Numbered from the stretch's first letter, positions 18,175-27,080 are shown. The stretch is DNA of 64,000 bases from Sphingomonadales bacterium (GCA_009995225.1 JAACPW010000011.1:30447-94446); one strand, 5' to 3'. Notes: generated by a model not told the origin, from the letters alone. Translations and numbers: made by a program.

Positions 18175-19128
18175 ATGATCCGCAAGCCATCCTTTGCGCT
18201 CCATGCGCTCGCCGCCGCTGTTCTGTTGCCTGCCGCGGTGCTCGTTGCGCAGCCCGTGCCGGGCGCGTTCACCGTGACCGAAACCGGCCGCAGCTATTCC
18301 AATCTTCAGGACGCGGTGAACGATATCGGCAACGCCCGAGCCACGATTCGCATCCAGCCCGGCACCTATCGCCAATGCGCGGTGCAGGAACAGGGCGTCA
18401 TCATCTACGAAGCGGCCGAGCCGGGCACCGTCACCTTCGCGGGCCGCGCGTGCGAGGGCAAGGCCGCGCTGGTGCTGCGCGGCACAGGCGCAGAGATCCG
18501 CGGGCTGACGTTCAGCAATATCAATGTGGCGGACGGCAACGGCGCAGGCATCCGGCTTGAAGCAGGCGCCCTTAACGTCGCCTATGCGCGGTTCGAGAAC
18601 AGCCAGCAGGGCATTCTCACTGCCGATGATCCCGGCAGCCGCATCTACATCACCCGCTCCACCTTCACCGGGCTTGGCACTTGCGAGAACGACGCGGGCT
18701 GCGCCCATTCACTGTATATCGGCGACTACGGCTCGCTCACGGTGCGCGAAAGCCGGTTCGAACGCGGCACTGGCGGCCACTACCTGAAAGCGCGCGCGGG
18801 CGAGGTCGTGATCGAAGGCAACAGCTTCGATGACGCGAACGGGCGCACCACCAACTACATGATCGACCTTCCCGCCGGCAGCATGGGCCGGATTGCCGAC
18901 AACTGGTTCGTGCAGGGGCGCGACAAGGAGAATTACTCCGCCTTCATCGCGCTGGGCGCGGAAGACCTGCTGCACGCGTCCGACGGGTTGGAAGTGGTGA
19001 ACAACGAAGCCCGCTTCGTCCCCGGCCTTTCGCGGCAAAGCGTGTTCTTTGCTGACTGGACCGGATCGCGCATCGTGATGCAGGGCAACACGCTGGCAGC
19101 GGGCCTGACGCAATACGAGCAGCGTTAA
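18175..19128 (+). CDS. Secreted right-handed parallel beta-helix (pectin-lyase-like) protein
   Basis: Signal peptide; IRIQPGTY, GNGAGIR, N.F.N/GN.F stacking repeats. Confidence 0.75.
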   Translation: MIRKPSFALHALAAAVLLPAAVLVAQPVPGAFTVTETGRSYSNLQDAVNDIGNARATIRIQPGTYRQCAVQEQGVIIYEAAEPGTVTFAGRACEGKAALVLRGTGAEIRGLTFSNINVADGNGAGIRLEAGALNVAYARFENSQQGILTADDPGSRIYITRSTFTGLGTCENDAGCAHSLYIGDYGSLTVRESRFERGTGGHYLKARAGEVVIEGNSFDDANGRTTNYMIDLPAGSMGRIADNWFVQGRDKENYSAFIALGAEDLLHASDGLEVVNNEARFVPGLSRQSVFFADWTGSRIVMQGNTLAAGLTQYEQR

Positions 19129-20192
19129 GGCAGCAAGTGCCCTGACCGGTCGCGCTTGGTCGCCAGATAGCGGGCGTTGTGGGGGTTTTCCGGGAGCTGG
19201 TGCGGCACGCGCTCGCTCACCGTGATGCCGGCGGCTTCCAGCGCGATGACTTTCGCCGGGTTGTTGGTCAGCAACCGGATCGCGGTCGCACCCAGCAATT
19301 TAAGCATTCGCGCCGCCACCGGGAAATCGCGCGCTTCATCGGGCAGGCCGAGGCGCTGGTTCGCCTCGACCGTATCGAACCCCTGATCCTGCAAGCGGTA
19401 GGCGCGCAGCTTGTTGACGAGCCCGATCCCGCGCCCCTCCTGCCGCATATAGAGCAGCACGCCCCAGCCTCCGCTGCCTTGCGCCTCGTGCGCCATCGCA
19501 TGCAGCGCAGCGTCGAGCTGCGGGCCGCAATCGCATTTCAGGCTGCCGAGGATGTCGCCGGTCAGACATTCCGAATGGAGGCGCACAAGCGGCTGTCGGT
19601 CGCCCGATTGCTTGCCGATGACCAGCGCCACGTGTTCGCGCAGATCGGCGGCTGACCGGAAAGCGACGATTTCCGCATCCTCGCACGCGTGGACAGGTAG
19701 CCGTGCGCGCGTGACGACCCTGAGCGCCCCGGCATCGGAATAGGCGGCCAGATCGGATATCTCGACCGGCACCGCCTCGCCCGCATTCACCGGATCGACC
19801 AAAAAGGCGGGCAGGATTCCCGCGATCCGCGCCAGTTCCAGCGCGGCGCGGGCGGTCTCTTCCCAGTCCAGCGTCACCGCCTTGAACGGGCCTTTGAGCG
19901 GATTGCCCAGATCAAGCGCCGGATCGGCAATCGGCAGGGCGTCGCGCACAGTGAAGTCTTCACCGCCTGCGATCAGCACCGGAGCGTGCGGCACCGCGGC
20001 ATCGCGCTGGTTGGCGAGTTTGAGCGTCGCCGCGCGCGCAGCGGAAATCAGCATCCGCGGCGCGGTCGCCGCTGTCGCGATGGCAGTTTCGACCGGCAGC
20101 AGGGTCGGCCCACCTGCGAACGCCAGTGGCCAGCCATGGCGTAAGCCGTCCACGGCTTGTGCAGCGCGGCGTTCTGGGGAAGGCGCGCTCAG
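19125..20192 (-). CDS. ribA: GTP cyclohydrolase II with a degenerate RibB-like N-terminal domain
   Basis: VRLHSECLTGDILGSLKCDCG, QEGRGIGL.NKLRAY, LLTNNPAK motifs; start uncertain (CTG 20192, GTG 20153 or GTG 20303). Confidence 0.88.
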   Translation of the reverse strand: MSAPSPERRAAQAVDGLRHGWPLAFAGGPTLLPVETAIATAATAPRMLISAARAATLKLANQRDAAVPHAPVLIAGGEDFTVRDALPIADPALDLGNPLKGPFKAVTLDWEETARAALELARIAGILPAFLVDPVNAGEAVPVEISDLAAYSDAGALRVVTRARLPVHACEDAEIVAFRSAADLREHVALVIGKQSGDRQPLVRLHSECLTGDILGSLKCDCGPQLDAALHAMAHEAQGSGGWGVLLYMRQEGRGIGLVNKLRAYRLQDQGFDTVEANQRLGLPDEARDFPVAARMLKLLGATAIRLLTNNPAKVIALEAAGITVSERVPHQLPENPHNARYLATKRDRSGHLLP

Positions 20193-20977
20193 AGATCGAA
20201 CTCCGTGATCAGCGGAACGTGATCGGACGGCTTTTCCCAGCCGCGTGCCGCTTCGATCACGCGGTGTCCGGTTGCTTGCCGCGCCAGATCGGGCGAGGCC
20301 CACATGTGATCGAGCCGGCGGCCCTTGTCATTTTCCTGCCAGCCCGGATTGCGGTAGCTCCACCAGCTATAATAGCGGCCCGGATGCGGCACATGTTCAC
20401 GCCCGATATCGACCCAGCCGTGGGCGTCGCGAAACTTGCCCAGCGTCTCGACCTCGATCGGCGTGTGACTGACGACCTTCAAAAGCTGCTTGTGGCTCCA
20501 CACGTCGCTTTCGAGCGGGGCGATGTTGAAATCGCCGACGATCAGCGTGGGCCGGTCGAGCGTGTCGGCCCACCTGGTCATCCGGCCAAGGAAATCGAGC
20601 TTCTGCCCGAACTTTGCGTTCACCGCGCGGTCGGGCACGTCGCCGCCGGCGGGGACATAGACGTTTTCGATCAACAGATCCTTGCCCAGCACCTCCACCC
20701 CGATATGCCGTGCCTCGCCATTGTCCTGCCAGTCGTGGCGGGTCAGCTCGCGGATCGGGACACGGCTGACCGTGGCGACGCCGTGGTAGCCCTTCTGTCC
20801 GCTCACCGCCTGATGGGTGTAGCCCAGGTTCGCCAAAGCTGATGCTGGGAACAGGTGGCTTTCGCACTTGATCTCCTGCAGGCACAGAATGTCGGGCGCG
20901 GCCTCGGTCAGCAGCTTTTCGATCAGGCCCACGCGCAGGCGGGCGGAGTTGATATTCCAGGTGGCAACGCTCAGCAT
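20189..20977 (-). CDS. xth: Exodeoxyribonuclease III / AP endonuclease
   Basis: ATWNINS, LQEIK, GDFNIAP, RLDH, PSDHVP motifs. Confidence 0.93.
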   Translation of the reverse strand: MLSVATWNINSARLRVGLIEKLLTEAAPDILCLQEIKCESHLFPASALANLGYTHQAVSGQKGYHGVATVSRVPIRELTRHDWQDNGEARHIGVEVLGKDLLIENVYVPAGGDVPDRAVNAKFGQKLDFLGRMTRWADTLDRPTLIVGDFNIAPLESDVWSHKQLLKVVSHTPIEVETLGKFRDAHGWVDIGREHVPHPGRYYSWWSYRNPGWQENDKGRRLDHMWASPDLARQATGHRVIEAARGWEKPSDHVPLITEFDL

Positions 20978-21003
20978 CGGGCGGACTTAGGGGGAGATGG
21001 CTC

Positions 21004-21109
21004 CGCCCTCAAGTAGCGAAGCGGTAGGGCACCAAGAACGCCCTCAAGTAGCGAAGCGGTGGGGCACCAAGAACGCCCTCAAGTAGCGAAGCGATAGGGC
21101 GACCAAAAA
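21004..21109. repeat. 35-bp tandem repeat x3, each unit containing a GCCCT/AGGGC stem (REP-like)
   Basis: Units start at 21004, 21039 and 21074; CGCCCTCAAGTAGCGAAGCG(G/A)T(A/G)GGGC(G)ACCAA(G/A)AA; no unique spacers. Confidence 0.9.
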
Positions 21110-21148
21110 CGCTAAATCCAGCCACCGGCGATGCGCTCAATTCGCAAA

Positions 21149-21166
21149 CCGTCACTTTACGGTCAT
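21149..21166 (+). promoter_or_regulatory. Putative Pho box (PhoB site)
   Basis: CCGTCAC-TTTA-CGGTCAT: two GTCAY half-sites 11 bp apart, 40 bp upstream of an alkaline phosphatase. Confidence 0.7.
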
Positions 21167-21205
21167 CTTCACACCCGATACCGCGCTGCCCAAGGAGAAC
21201 CTGTG

Positions 21206-22642
21206 ATGACCCCGTCCCGCGCGCTGATCGCTCTTGCTGCTGCTGCCCTCCCGCTGGGTGCCTGTGCAACCACGGCAGAACCCCGTTCGGCGCCGGTCGC
21301 CCAGTCCTCCGCCCAGTCCGCCGCACCGGCCAAGGCCAAGAACGTCATCCTGTTCATCGGTGACGGCATGGGCATCTCCACGATCACCGCCGCGCGCATC
21401 TACGAAGCGCAAAAGCGTGGGGAAACCGGCGAGGAAAATCGCCTCAGCTTTGAAAAGTTCGACAATGTCGCGCTGGTCAAAACCTACAACACCAACGCCC
21501 AGGTGCCCGACAGCGCCGGCACCGCAACCGCAATGCATTCGGGGCAAAAAACCCGGATCGGCGTGCTCGGCATCGGGCCGGAAGCAGAAAAAGGCGTGTG
21601 CAAAGACGCACTCGCTCACCCGCTTCCCCTGCTGGGCGAAGAGGTGAAACAGCGGGGCCTCGCCCTCGGGATCGTAACCACCACACGCCTGACTCACGCC
21701 ACCCCCGCCAGCGTCTTCTCCCGTAGCGCCGATCGTGACTGGGAGGGGGACAACAACATCCCCGACGATCAGCAGGGCCAGGGGTGCAAGGATATTGCCC
21801 TGCAACTCGCCGAAGCGGCTTTCGATGTGGCTTTAGGCGGCGGCACATCGGCCTTCTACGGCAAGGACAAGGACCGCGCCGGTCGCCGGATCGAGGCCGG
21901 GGCCGATCTGCCCGCCACATGGGCAGCCAAAAATGGCGGCACCGTGGTCAGGGACGCCGCCGGCCTTTCCGCCGCGCCGATGGACAAGCCGGTGCTCGGC
22001 CTGTTCAACCCCAGCCACATGACCTTCATGGCCGATCGCAAGGCCGATTCGCCTGAGCCGACCCTGACCGACATGACAGCAGCCGCCCTCGCCCGGCTGA
22101 AGGCCGACCCCGATGGCTACTATCTGATGGTCGAAGGGGGGCGGATCGATCACGCCCACCATGCAGGGCAGGCAGGCTATGCGTTGGAAGAGGCGGTAGA
22201 ATTCGCTCGCGCGGTGCAATATGCCGTTGATAACACCGACCCTGCCGAAACGCTCATCATGGTGACGGCCGATCACAGCCACGTCTTCACGATCGCGGGC
22301 TATCCGCAGCGCGGGAACGACATTTTGGGGTTTGTCGTCCCGCCTGCCGGGCGCGGCGAAGACGGCGGGGACGGTAAGTCGCCCGTGCTGGCGGCGGACG
22401 GCAAGCCTTACACCACACTCGGTTACGCAAACGGACCGGGAGCGGTGCGTGGTGAGCGACAGGTGCCCGAAACCGGCATCGCGGCGCGCCAGCAAGCATT
22501 GGTACCGACCGGCGGCGAAACCCATGCGGGCGAGGATGTGGCGCTGTTCGCCACCGGACCCGGCGCGACCCGCGCACGCGGCGTGATCGAACAGAACGTG
22601 ATCTATGCGATCATCCGCAAGGCATTGGGCTGGGGGGAATAA
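21206..22642 (+). CDS. phoA: Alkaline phosphatase (PhoA family), lipoprotein
   Basis: Lipobox LGAC; KNVILFIGDGMG, PDSAGTATA (catalytic Ser), EGGRIDHAHH, TADHSH, HAGEDV motifs. Confidence 0.92.
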   Translation: MTPSRALIALAAAALPLGACATTAEPRSAPVAQSSAQSAAPAKAKNVILFIGDGMGISTITAARIYEAQKRGETGEENRLSFEKFDNVALVKTYNTNAQVPDSAGTATAMHSGQKTRIGVLGIGPEAEKGVCKDALAHPLPLLGEEVKQRGLALGIVTTTRLTHATPASVFSRSADRDWEGDNNIPDDQQGQGCKDIALQLAEAAFDVALGGGTSAFYGKDKDRAGRRIEAGADLPATWAAKNGGTVVRDAAGLSAAPMDKPVLGLFNPSHMTFMADRKADSPEPTLTDMTAAALARLKADPDGYYLMVEGGRIDHAHHAGQAGYALEEAVEFARAVQYAVDNTDPAETLIMVTADHSHVFTIAGYPQRGNDILGFVVPPAGRGEDGGDGKSPVLAADGKPYTTLGYANGPGAVRGERQVPETGIAARQQALVPTGGETHAGEDVALFATGPGATRARGVIEQNVIYAIIRKALGWGE

Positions 22643-22674
22643 GCGGCAACGTCGCGCCGGAGCAGGGCTCAACC

Positions 22675-22702
22675 GTCGAAGGCGGAAAACCCCGTTTTCG
22701 AC
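22675..22702 (+). terminator. Hairpin downstream of phoA
   Basis: GTCGAAGGCGG-AAAAC-C-CCGTTTTCGAC stem with G-U pairs. Confidence 0.5.
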
Positions 22703-22704
22703 AT

Positions 22705-22825
22705 ACAAAAACCCTCGACCCGGGGGCGTTGGGTCGAGGGTTCCATAGAGCGTTCGTCACGCTTGTACAAAGCAGGCCCATTACGAAGGGTGGGCAACAG
22801 GGGGGAAACCTCCCTTCGAGCCGCC
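22705..22825 (-). ncRNA. Candidate small RNA
   Basis: Minus-strand TTGAAA-N16-CATTAT promoter-like element (22859-22832), several internal stems, and a strong terminator hairpin (AACCCTCGACCC/GGGTCGAGGGTT) followed by TTTGT on the minus strand. Confidence 0.4.
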
Positions 22826-22917
22826 TTGTTGATAATGATTAGCCGTTGGAGGCTTTCAATCACATGAACGCGGCCAGAATCTTGTCGCTTTCATACAACC
22901 GCTCGTCGCCAGACGAG

Positions 22918-23586
22918 CTATCCGGGCCGACGGGTCGTTCGGCGCGGATCCTTAAACGTGAAGGCGCTGTCAGCAACGCTGACGCCGTAACGCTGGTTCG
23001 ACAATTGCACGCGGGTGCGATTGTTCTGCGCGTCCAGCGCGACCCAATAGGCCAGTTCCAGCCCGCCAGGGGCAGAGGGCTTGCGAACGAAGATCAGCGT
23101 GATCATGCCGAATTCGGGCTTTTTGGGATCGCGCACTTCAACGCTCAGCACATTGGGATCGCGCGTCGCCACTATCTTGCCGAACGCCTTGACGTCCTTT
23201 TCAGGATTGAACAGCGCCCCCAGCGGCGAATTGCCGATCGGCCAGCGTTCGACCTGATTGACCTCGTAATCGATCATGTAGAGCGATTTGCCGTTCGAGA
23301 TGACGAGGAATTCGGCATCCTTGCCATAGTCGAAGCGAATCTTGCCGGGGCGCTTCAGCGTCATCTGTCCGCGCAGCGTCGAACCCTGACGATCCGTCTG
23401 GGTGAAGTCGGCCTTCATGGTGGAGATGCCGCGCAGCGCGCCGACGACCTTGTCGAGATCGCTGGTGGCCTGCGCTGCGGCGGGCGCGGTCAAAGGGGCC
23501 GTACCAACGGGCGCAAGGCCCAGCGCGAGCGCACCGGCCCCAAGGCCGATCGCCAATGTACGAAAAGAAGGGATACGTTTTGTCAT
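22918..23586 (-). CDS. lolA: Outer-membrane lipoprotein carrier LolA family
   Basis: Signal peptide; ADFTQ, G.MTLKRPGKIRFDY, ISNGKSL motifs. Confidence 0.85.
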   Translation of the reverse strand: MTKRIPSFRTLAIGLGAGALALGLAPVGTAPLTAPAAAQATSDLDKVVGALRGISTMKADFTQTDRQGSTLRGQMTLKRPGKIRFDYGKDAEFLVISNGKSLYMIDYEVNQVERWPIGNSPLGALFNPEKDVKAFGKIVATRDPNVLSVEVRDPKKPEFGMITLIFVRKPSAPGGLELAYWVALDAQNNRTRVQLSNQRYGVSVADSAFTFKDPRRTTRRPG

Positions 23587-23683
23587 GCCGATGCGGTTAA
23601 GACCGCGGGCTTGAACTGTCGATGAATTATCGCACCTGCCGCCAGTCAGGTTCAATCGCGGCGGCAGCTACGCAAAGCCGATC

Positions 23684-23851
23684 TTACTTGATCTTGGCTT
23701 CCTTGAATTCAACGTGCTTGCGCGCAACCGGATCGTACTTCCGGAAGCTCATCTTTTCGGTGATGTTGCGCGGGTTCTTCTTGGTCACATAGAAGAAGCC
23801 GGTGCCCTCGCTCGAGACGAGGCGGATCTTGACGGTGGTGGGCTTCGCCAT
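23684..23851 (-). CDS. rpmG: 50S ribosomal protein L33 (zinc-free form)
   Basis: Hand translation [55 protein letters not shown] (55 aa, absent from the supplied ORF track). Confidence 0.97.
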   Translation of the reverse strand: MAKPTTVKIRLVSSEGTGFFYVTKKNPRNITEKMSFRKYDPVARKHVEFKEAKIK

Positions 23852-24005
23852 GGCGGGTTCCTGTCAACTGGGTCGGCCCGGCGCATGCGTCACGCAGGGC
23901 TAAAAAAGCAAATAGCGGCATGCCCGGTTGAACCGGCACACCGCCACACGAGGGCGCCATTCGCCGATTCACAGGCAAAAGTCAAGGCAGGCTTGGCGTG
24001 TCCGG

Positions 24006-24434
24006 CTACCAGTCCGAAGCGCGCGGTTTGCCGCGATTGGCCTTCACCGTGCCGCGCTCCTTCTTGACCTTGAGCCGCGCTGTCTTGCCGATCCGGTTCA
24101 ACCGGGTCTTGGCGCGGCGCTTGGGCTGGGTCTGCGCCTCATCCAGCAGCGCCGCCAGCTTCACACGGGCATCCTGCCGATTGGCTTCCTGCGTCCGGTG
24201 CGCCTTGGAATTGATGATCAGATCGCCGTTGCCGGCCAACTTCGCGCCTGCCAGCGTCCGCAGCCGTGCGAACACCACAGGGTTAAGGCGCAGCGCGTAG
24301 ATGTTGACGCGCAGTTCCACTTCGGTGGCGACCTTGTTGGCGTTCTGTCCGCCCGGGCCAGAGCCTGCGAGGAAACTTTCACTCGCCAGCCGGATGGCGC
24401 GGGCACTCAGCGATTCGGGGGCGTCTTCATCCAT
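24006..24434 (-). CDS. arfB: Alternative ribosome rescue factor B (peptidyl-tRNA hydrolase)
   Basis: SGPGGQNANK (GGQ), RTQEANR, basic C-terminal tail. Confidence 0.92.
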   Translation of the reverse strand: MDEDAPESLSARAIRLASESFLAGSGPGGQNANKVATEVELRVNIYALRLNPVVFARLRTLAGAKLAGNGDLIINSKAHRTQEANRQDARVKLAALLDEAQTQPKRRAKTRLNRIGKTARLKVKKERGTVKANRGKPRASDW

Positions 24435-25089
24435 CGCCCGCCCCGAAGGCGACAAAGTCCGCCGGCAGGCCCGCGCGCGCTTCGATCGTGGTCTTGCCCG
24501 GCCGGGTCAGGGTCAGACTTTCGGCGTGGAGCATGGTGCGCTTGGCCGCCCCGGCCGATCCGGCACCATAGACCGGATCGCCCAGCAATGCCGCGCCGAG
24601 GCCAGCCAGTGCATGAACGCGCAGCTGGTGTGTGCGGCCGGTTTCGGGCCGGAAGCGGATCAGGCTGTTGGGCCCGAGTTCCTTGACCAATTCCCAATGT
24701 GACACCGCCAGCTTGCCCTTCTTTGCCGGGATCATCCGCCAGCCTTTTTCGACCGAGCTGATCTTGGACAGCGAAAGCTCGATCGTTCCCGATTCGCTTT
24801 GGGGATGGCCGGCCAGGATCGCCAGATAGGTCTTGCCCACCAGCCGATCCTCGAACGCCTTGTTGAACCGGGCCAAGGCCTTGGGATTGCGCGCCAGCAA
24901 CAGGCAACCGCTGGTGTCGGTATCAAGCCGGTGCACCGCAACCGGCGGTCGCTGAAAGCCCAGCTTCAGCCGTTCGAGGTGGTCTTCCAGACAGATGCCG
25001 CCTTTGCGCGGCCGATCGACCGCCATGCCCGAAGGCTTGTCGATCACCAGTGCTTCGCCGTCTTCGTAGAGGATTTTGATATCAGCCAT
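24427..25089 (-). CDS. RluA family pseudouridine synthase
   Basis: IDKPSG, VHRLDTDTSG (catalytic Asp), TGRTHQLRVH, GDPVYG, LHA motifs. Confidence 0.92.
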   Translation of the reverse strand: MADIKILYEDGEALVIDKPSGMAVDRPRKGGICLEDHLERLKLGFQRPPVAVHRLDTDTSGCLLLARNPKALARFNKAFEDRLVGKTYLAILAGHPQSESGTIELSLSKISSVEKGWRMIPAKKGKLAVSHWELVKELGPNSLIRFRPETGRTHQLRVHALAGLGAALLGDPVYGAGSAGAAKRTMLHAESLTLTRPGKTTIEARAGLPADFVAFGAGDG

Positions 25090-25137
25090 GCGCCCCGTTA
25101 CCTGCTCGCTTCCGGCTTGTCGAAGGGCGATGCATGG

Positions 25138-26979
25138 CTAGACCAACTGCGCCCGCATCAACCCACGCAAGGCATTGCCGATCCAGAAGCCCTGCGCCAG
25201 ATCGTCAAGCGTCAGCTCCGCCTCGCGCGCCTTGCCCGTCGCGATGAGATGCGCACGCAACACGCCGGGCAGCAGGCCGGTGTGGGCCGGCGGGGTCAGC
25301 AGCACGCCGTCTGCACCGTCCGCGAACACGCAGGTAAAGCTGCCCTCGGTCACCTGCCCGTCCCCCCTCACCAGCACCGCTTCTTGCGCACCGAACGTCT
25401 GCGCAGCCGCCAACGCGTCCTCGTAGAATCCGCGATCCGACGTCTTGTGCGCCAGCCGCCAGTCCGAGGGATCGAGCGGGTGAGGCAGCGCGGCCACCCG
25501 GACCGGATCATCCAGGGCAGGCGGAAGCGGCCCGGTCTCCAGCGCGCTCGCCCCGCTGCGCGACACCATCAGGCGCACGCGCGCGGGCGCCACGAGCTCA
25601 AAGCACACCGCCTGGATGTGGTTACGCAAGGCATGGCGATCAAACACGAAACCGAGCGTCGCCGCGCTCGCTTTCATCCGCTCCAGATGCAGTTCCAGAA
25701 GCGCGATCCCGCTGTCAGGTTCGAACCGCATGGTCTCGATCAGGTCACAGGTGGCTGCGGTAAGCCCCGGCGTCGCGCGGCGCACGAACCCGGCCTTGAC
25801 CTCGCATTCGCGCCGTTCGGACAACGCATCGCTATCCGCCACAATCGCCGATCCGATGCCGAGAACGGCGCTGCCCTGCCCGTTTTCGATGGGGGTCAGC
25901 CGCAAGGTGCGAATCGCCACGTTGAAGGCAGCATGGGAGAGTCCCGCTCCATCGGGCGCATCGATTCGCCCGATCGCGCCGCAATAGGGGCCGCGCGCAT
26001 CGCGCTCCACCGTGCCCAGCAATTCCATCGCCCGGATCTTGGGCGCGCCGGTGATCGATCCGCAGGGAAACAACGCCCGCACCAGATCCATCGCGCCCTT
26101 GCCCGGCTGCAAGGTGGCGCGCACGGTGGAAACCATCTGATGCACCGTCGGATAGCTTTCCACCGCAAAGGGCGCGTCAACACGCACGCTGCCCGCCTCG
26201 GCCACCCGCGACAGATCATTGCGCATCAGATCAACGATCATCAGGTTTTCGGCCCGGTCCTTCATCGAGGACACTAATTCTTCCACCGCCGCGCGATCCA
26301 CCGCCGGATCAGCGGCGCGGGGGCGCGTTCCCTTCATCGGCTTCACCTTGGCTTGCGCGCCGTTCAGCGCCGCGAACAGTTCGGGCGAGAAGCTGAGCAG
26401 CCAGTGCGATCCGTCGAAAATCAATCCGCCATACCCGGCCGCCGCTGAATCGCGCAGCGCGGCATACAGCCCCACCGGATCGCCGCGGAACGAGCCCGCC
26501 AGCGTATAGGTGAGATTGGCCTGATAGATGTCTCCGGCACAGATCGCCTCACGCAATGTGGCGAAGGCGGCGGCGTAACCACCCGGAGAAAGTTGCGGCT
26601 CCATCGGGCCAAGCGTGCCCGGGCCTTGCGCGCGTGCTTCCAGCCAGCCGGGAACATCCTCCGCCGCAATCGCGTGCGGGGCATCAAACAGGCCGAGCCA
26701 CACCAGCGGCCCCGCCGCGCCTGACCGCGCCGGGGCCAGGTGCGCCAGTTTGGGTTCGAGCGCCAAACCTGCCTCATAGGCAATATACCCCGCCAGCGCC
26801 CCGCCACAGGCCACCCGCGCCGCTTCGGCCGCGGCCAGCACGCGATCCACCTCATCGGGCCGCTGCGCCACGAACACAGCGCGCGGATTTTCGTAAAGCA
26901 GGGCGTCGGCGGCGGTTTCGCCCGATCCTTCACGGGCGCGGGCATCATCGAGCAGAACGAAAGGCATTGTCTGACCCAT
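25138..26979 (-). CDS. pabB: Aminodeoxychorismate synthase component I fused to a class IV aminotransferase/ADC lyase-like domain
   Basis: GDIYQANLT, SPELF, PMKGT, ENLMIVDLMRNDL, FPCGSITGAPK; C-terminal HKT, EGSFTCVF, LLPGVLR. Confidence 0.88.
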   Translation of the reverse strand: MGQTMPFVLLDDARAREGSGETAADALLYENPRAVFVAQRPDEVDRVLAAAEAARVACGGALAGYIAYEAGLALEPKLAHLAPARSGAAGPLVWLGLFDAPHAIAAEDVPGWLEARAQGPGTLGPMEPQLSPGGYAAAFATLREAICAGDIYQANLTYTLAGSFRGDPVGLYAALRDSAAAGYGGLIFDGSHWLLSFSPELFAALNGAQAKVKPMKGTRPRAADPAVDRAAVEELVSSMKDRAENLMIVDLMRNDLSRVAEAGSVRVDAPFAVESYPTVHQMVSTVRATLQPGKGAMDLVRALFPCGSITGAPKIRAMELLGTVERDARGPYCGAIGRIDAPDGAGLSHAAFNVAIRTLRLTPIENGQGSAVLGIGSAIVADSDALSERRECEVKAGFVRRATPGLTAATCDLIETMRFEPDSGIALLELHLERMKASAATLGFVFDRHALRNHIQAVCFELVAPARVRLMVSRSGASALETGPLPPALDDPVRVAALPHPLDPSDWRLAHKTSDRGFYEDALAAAQTFGAQEAVLVRGDGQVTEGSFTCVFADGADGVLLTPPAHTGLLPGVLRAHLIATGKAREAELTLDDLAQGFWIGNALRGLMRAQLV

Positions 26980-27080
26980 GCCGGGTAGCCTTGGCCAAAA
27001 CCAGCGCCGTTGTCGAGAACTTGACCGCTGCGGGCCGCCCCTGCACATCACCGGCAACGGCAATTTGATGGGGGCAGGCC

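Noticed and set aside
21004-21109. CRISPR array interpretation of the 35-bp repeats
   Set aside because: The units are contiguous with no unique spacers, and there are no cas genes in the window
22669-22863. 64-aa minus-strand ORF in the phoA-lolA gap
   Set aside because: It runs straight through a strong terminator hairpin and has atypical codon usage
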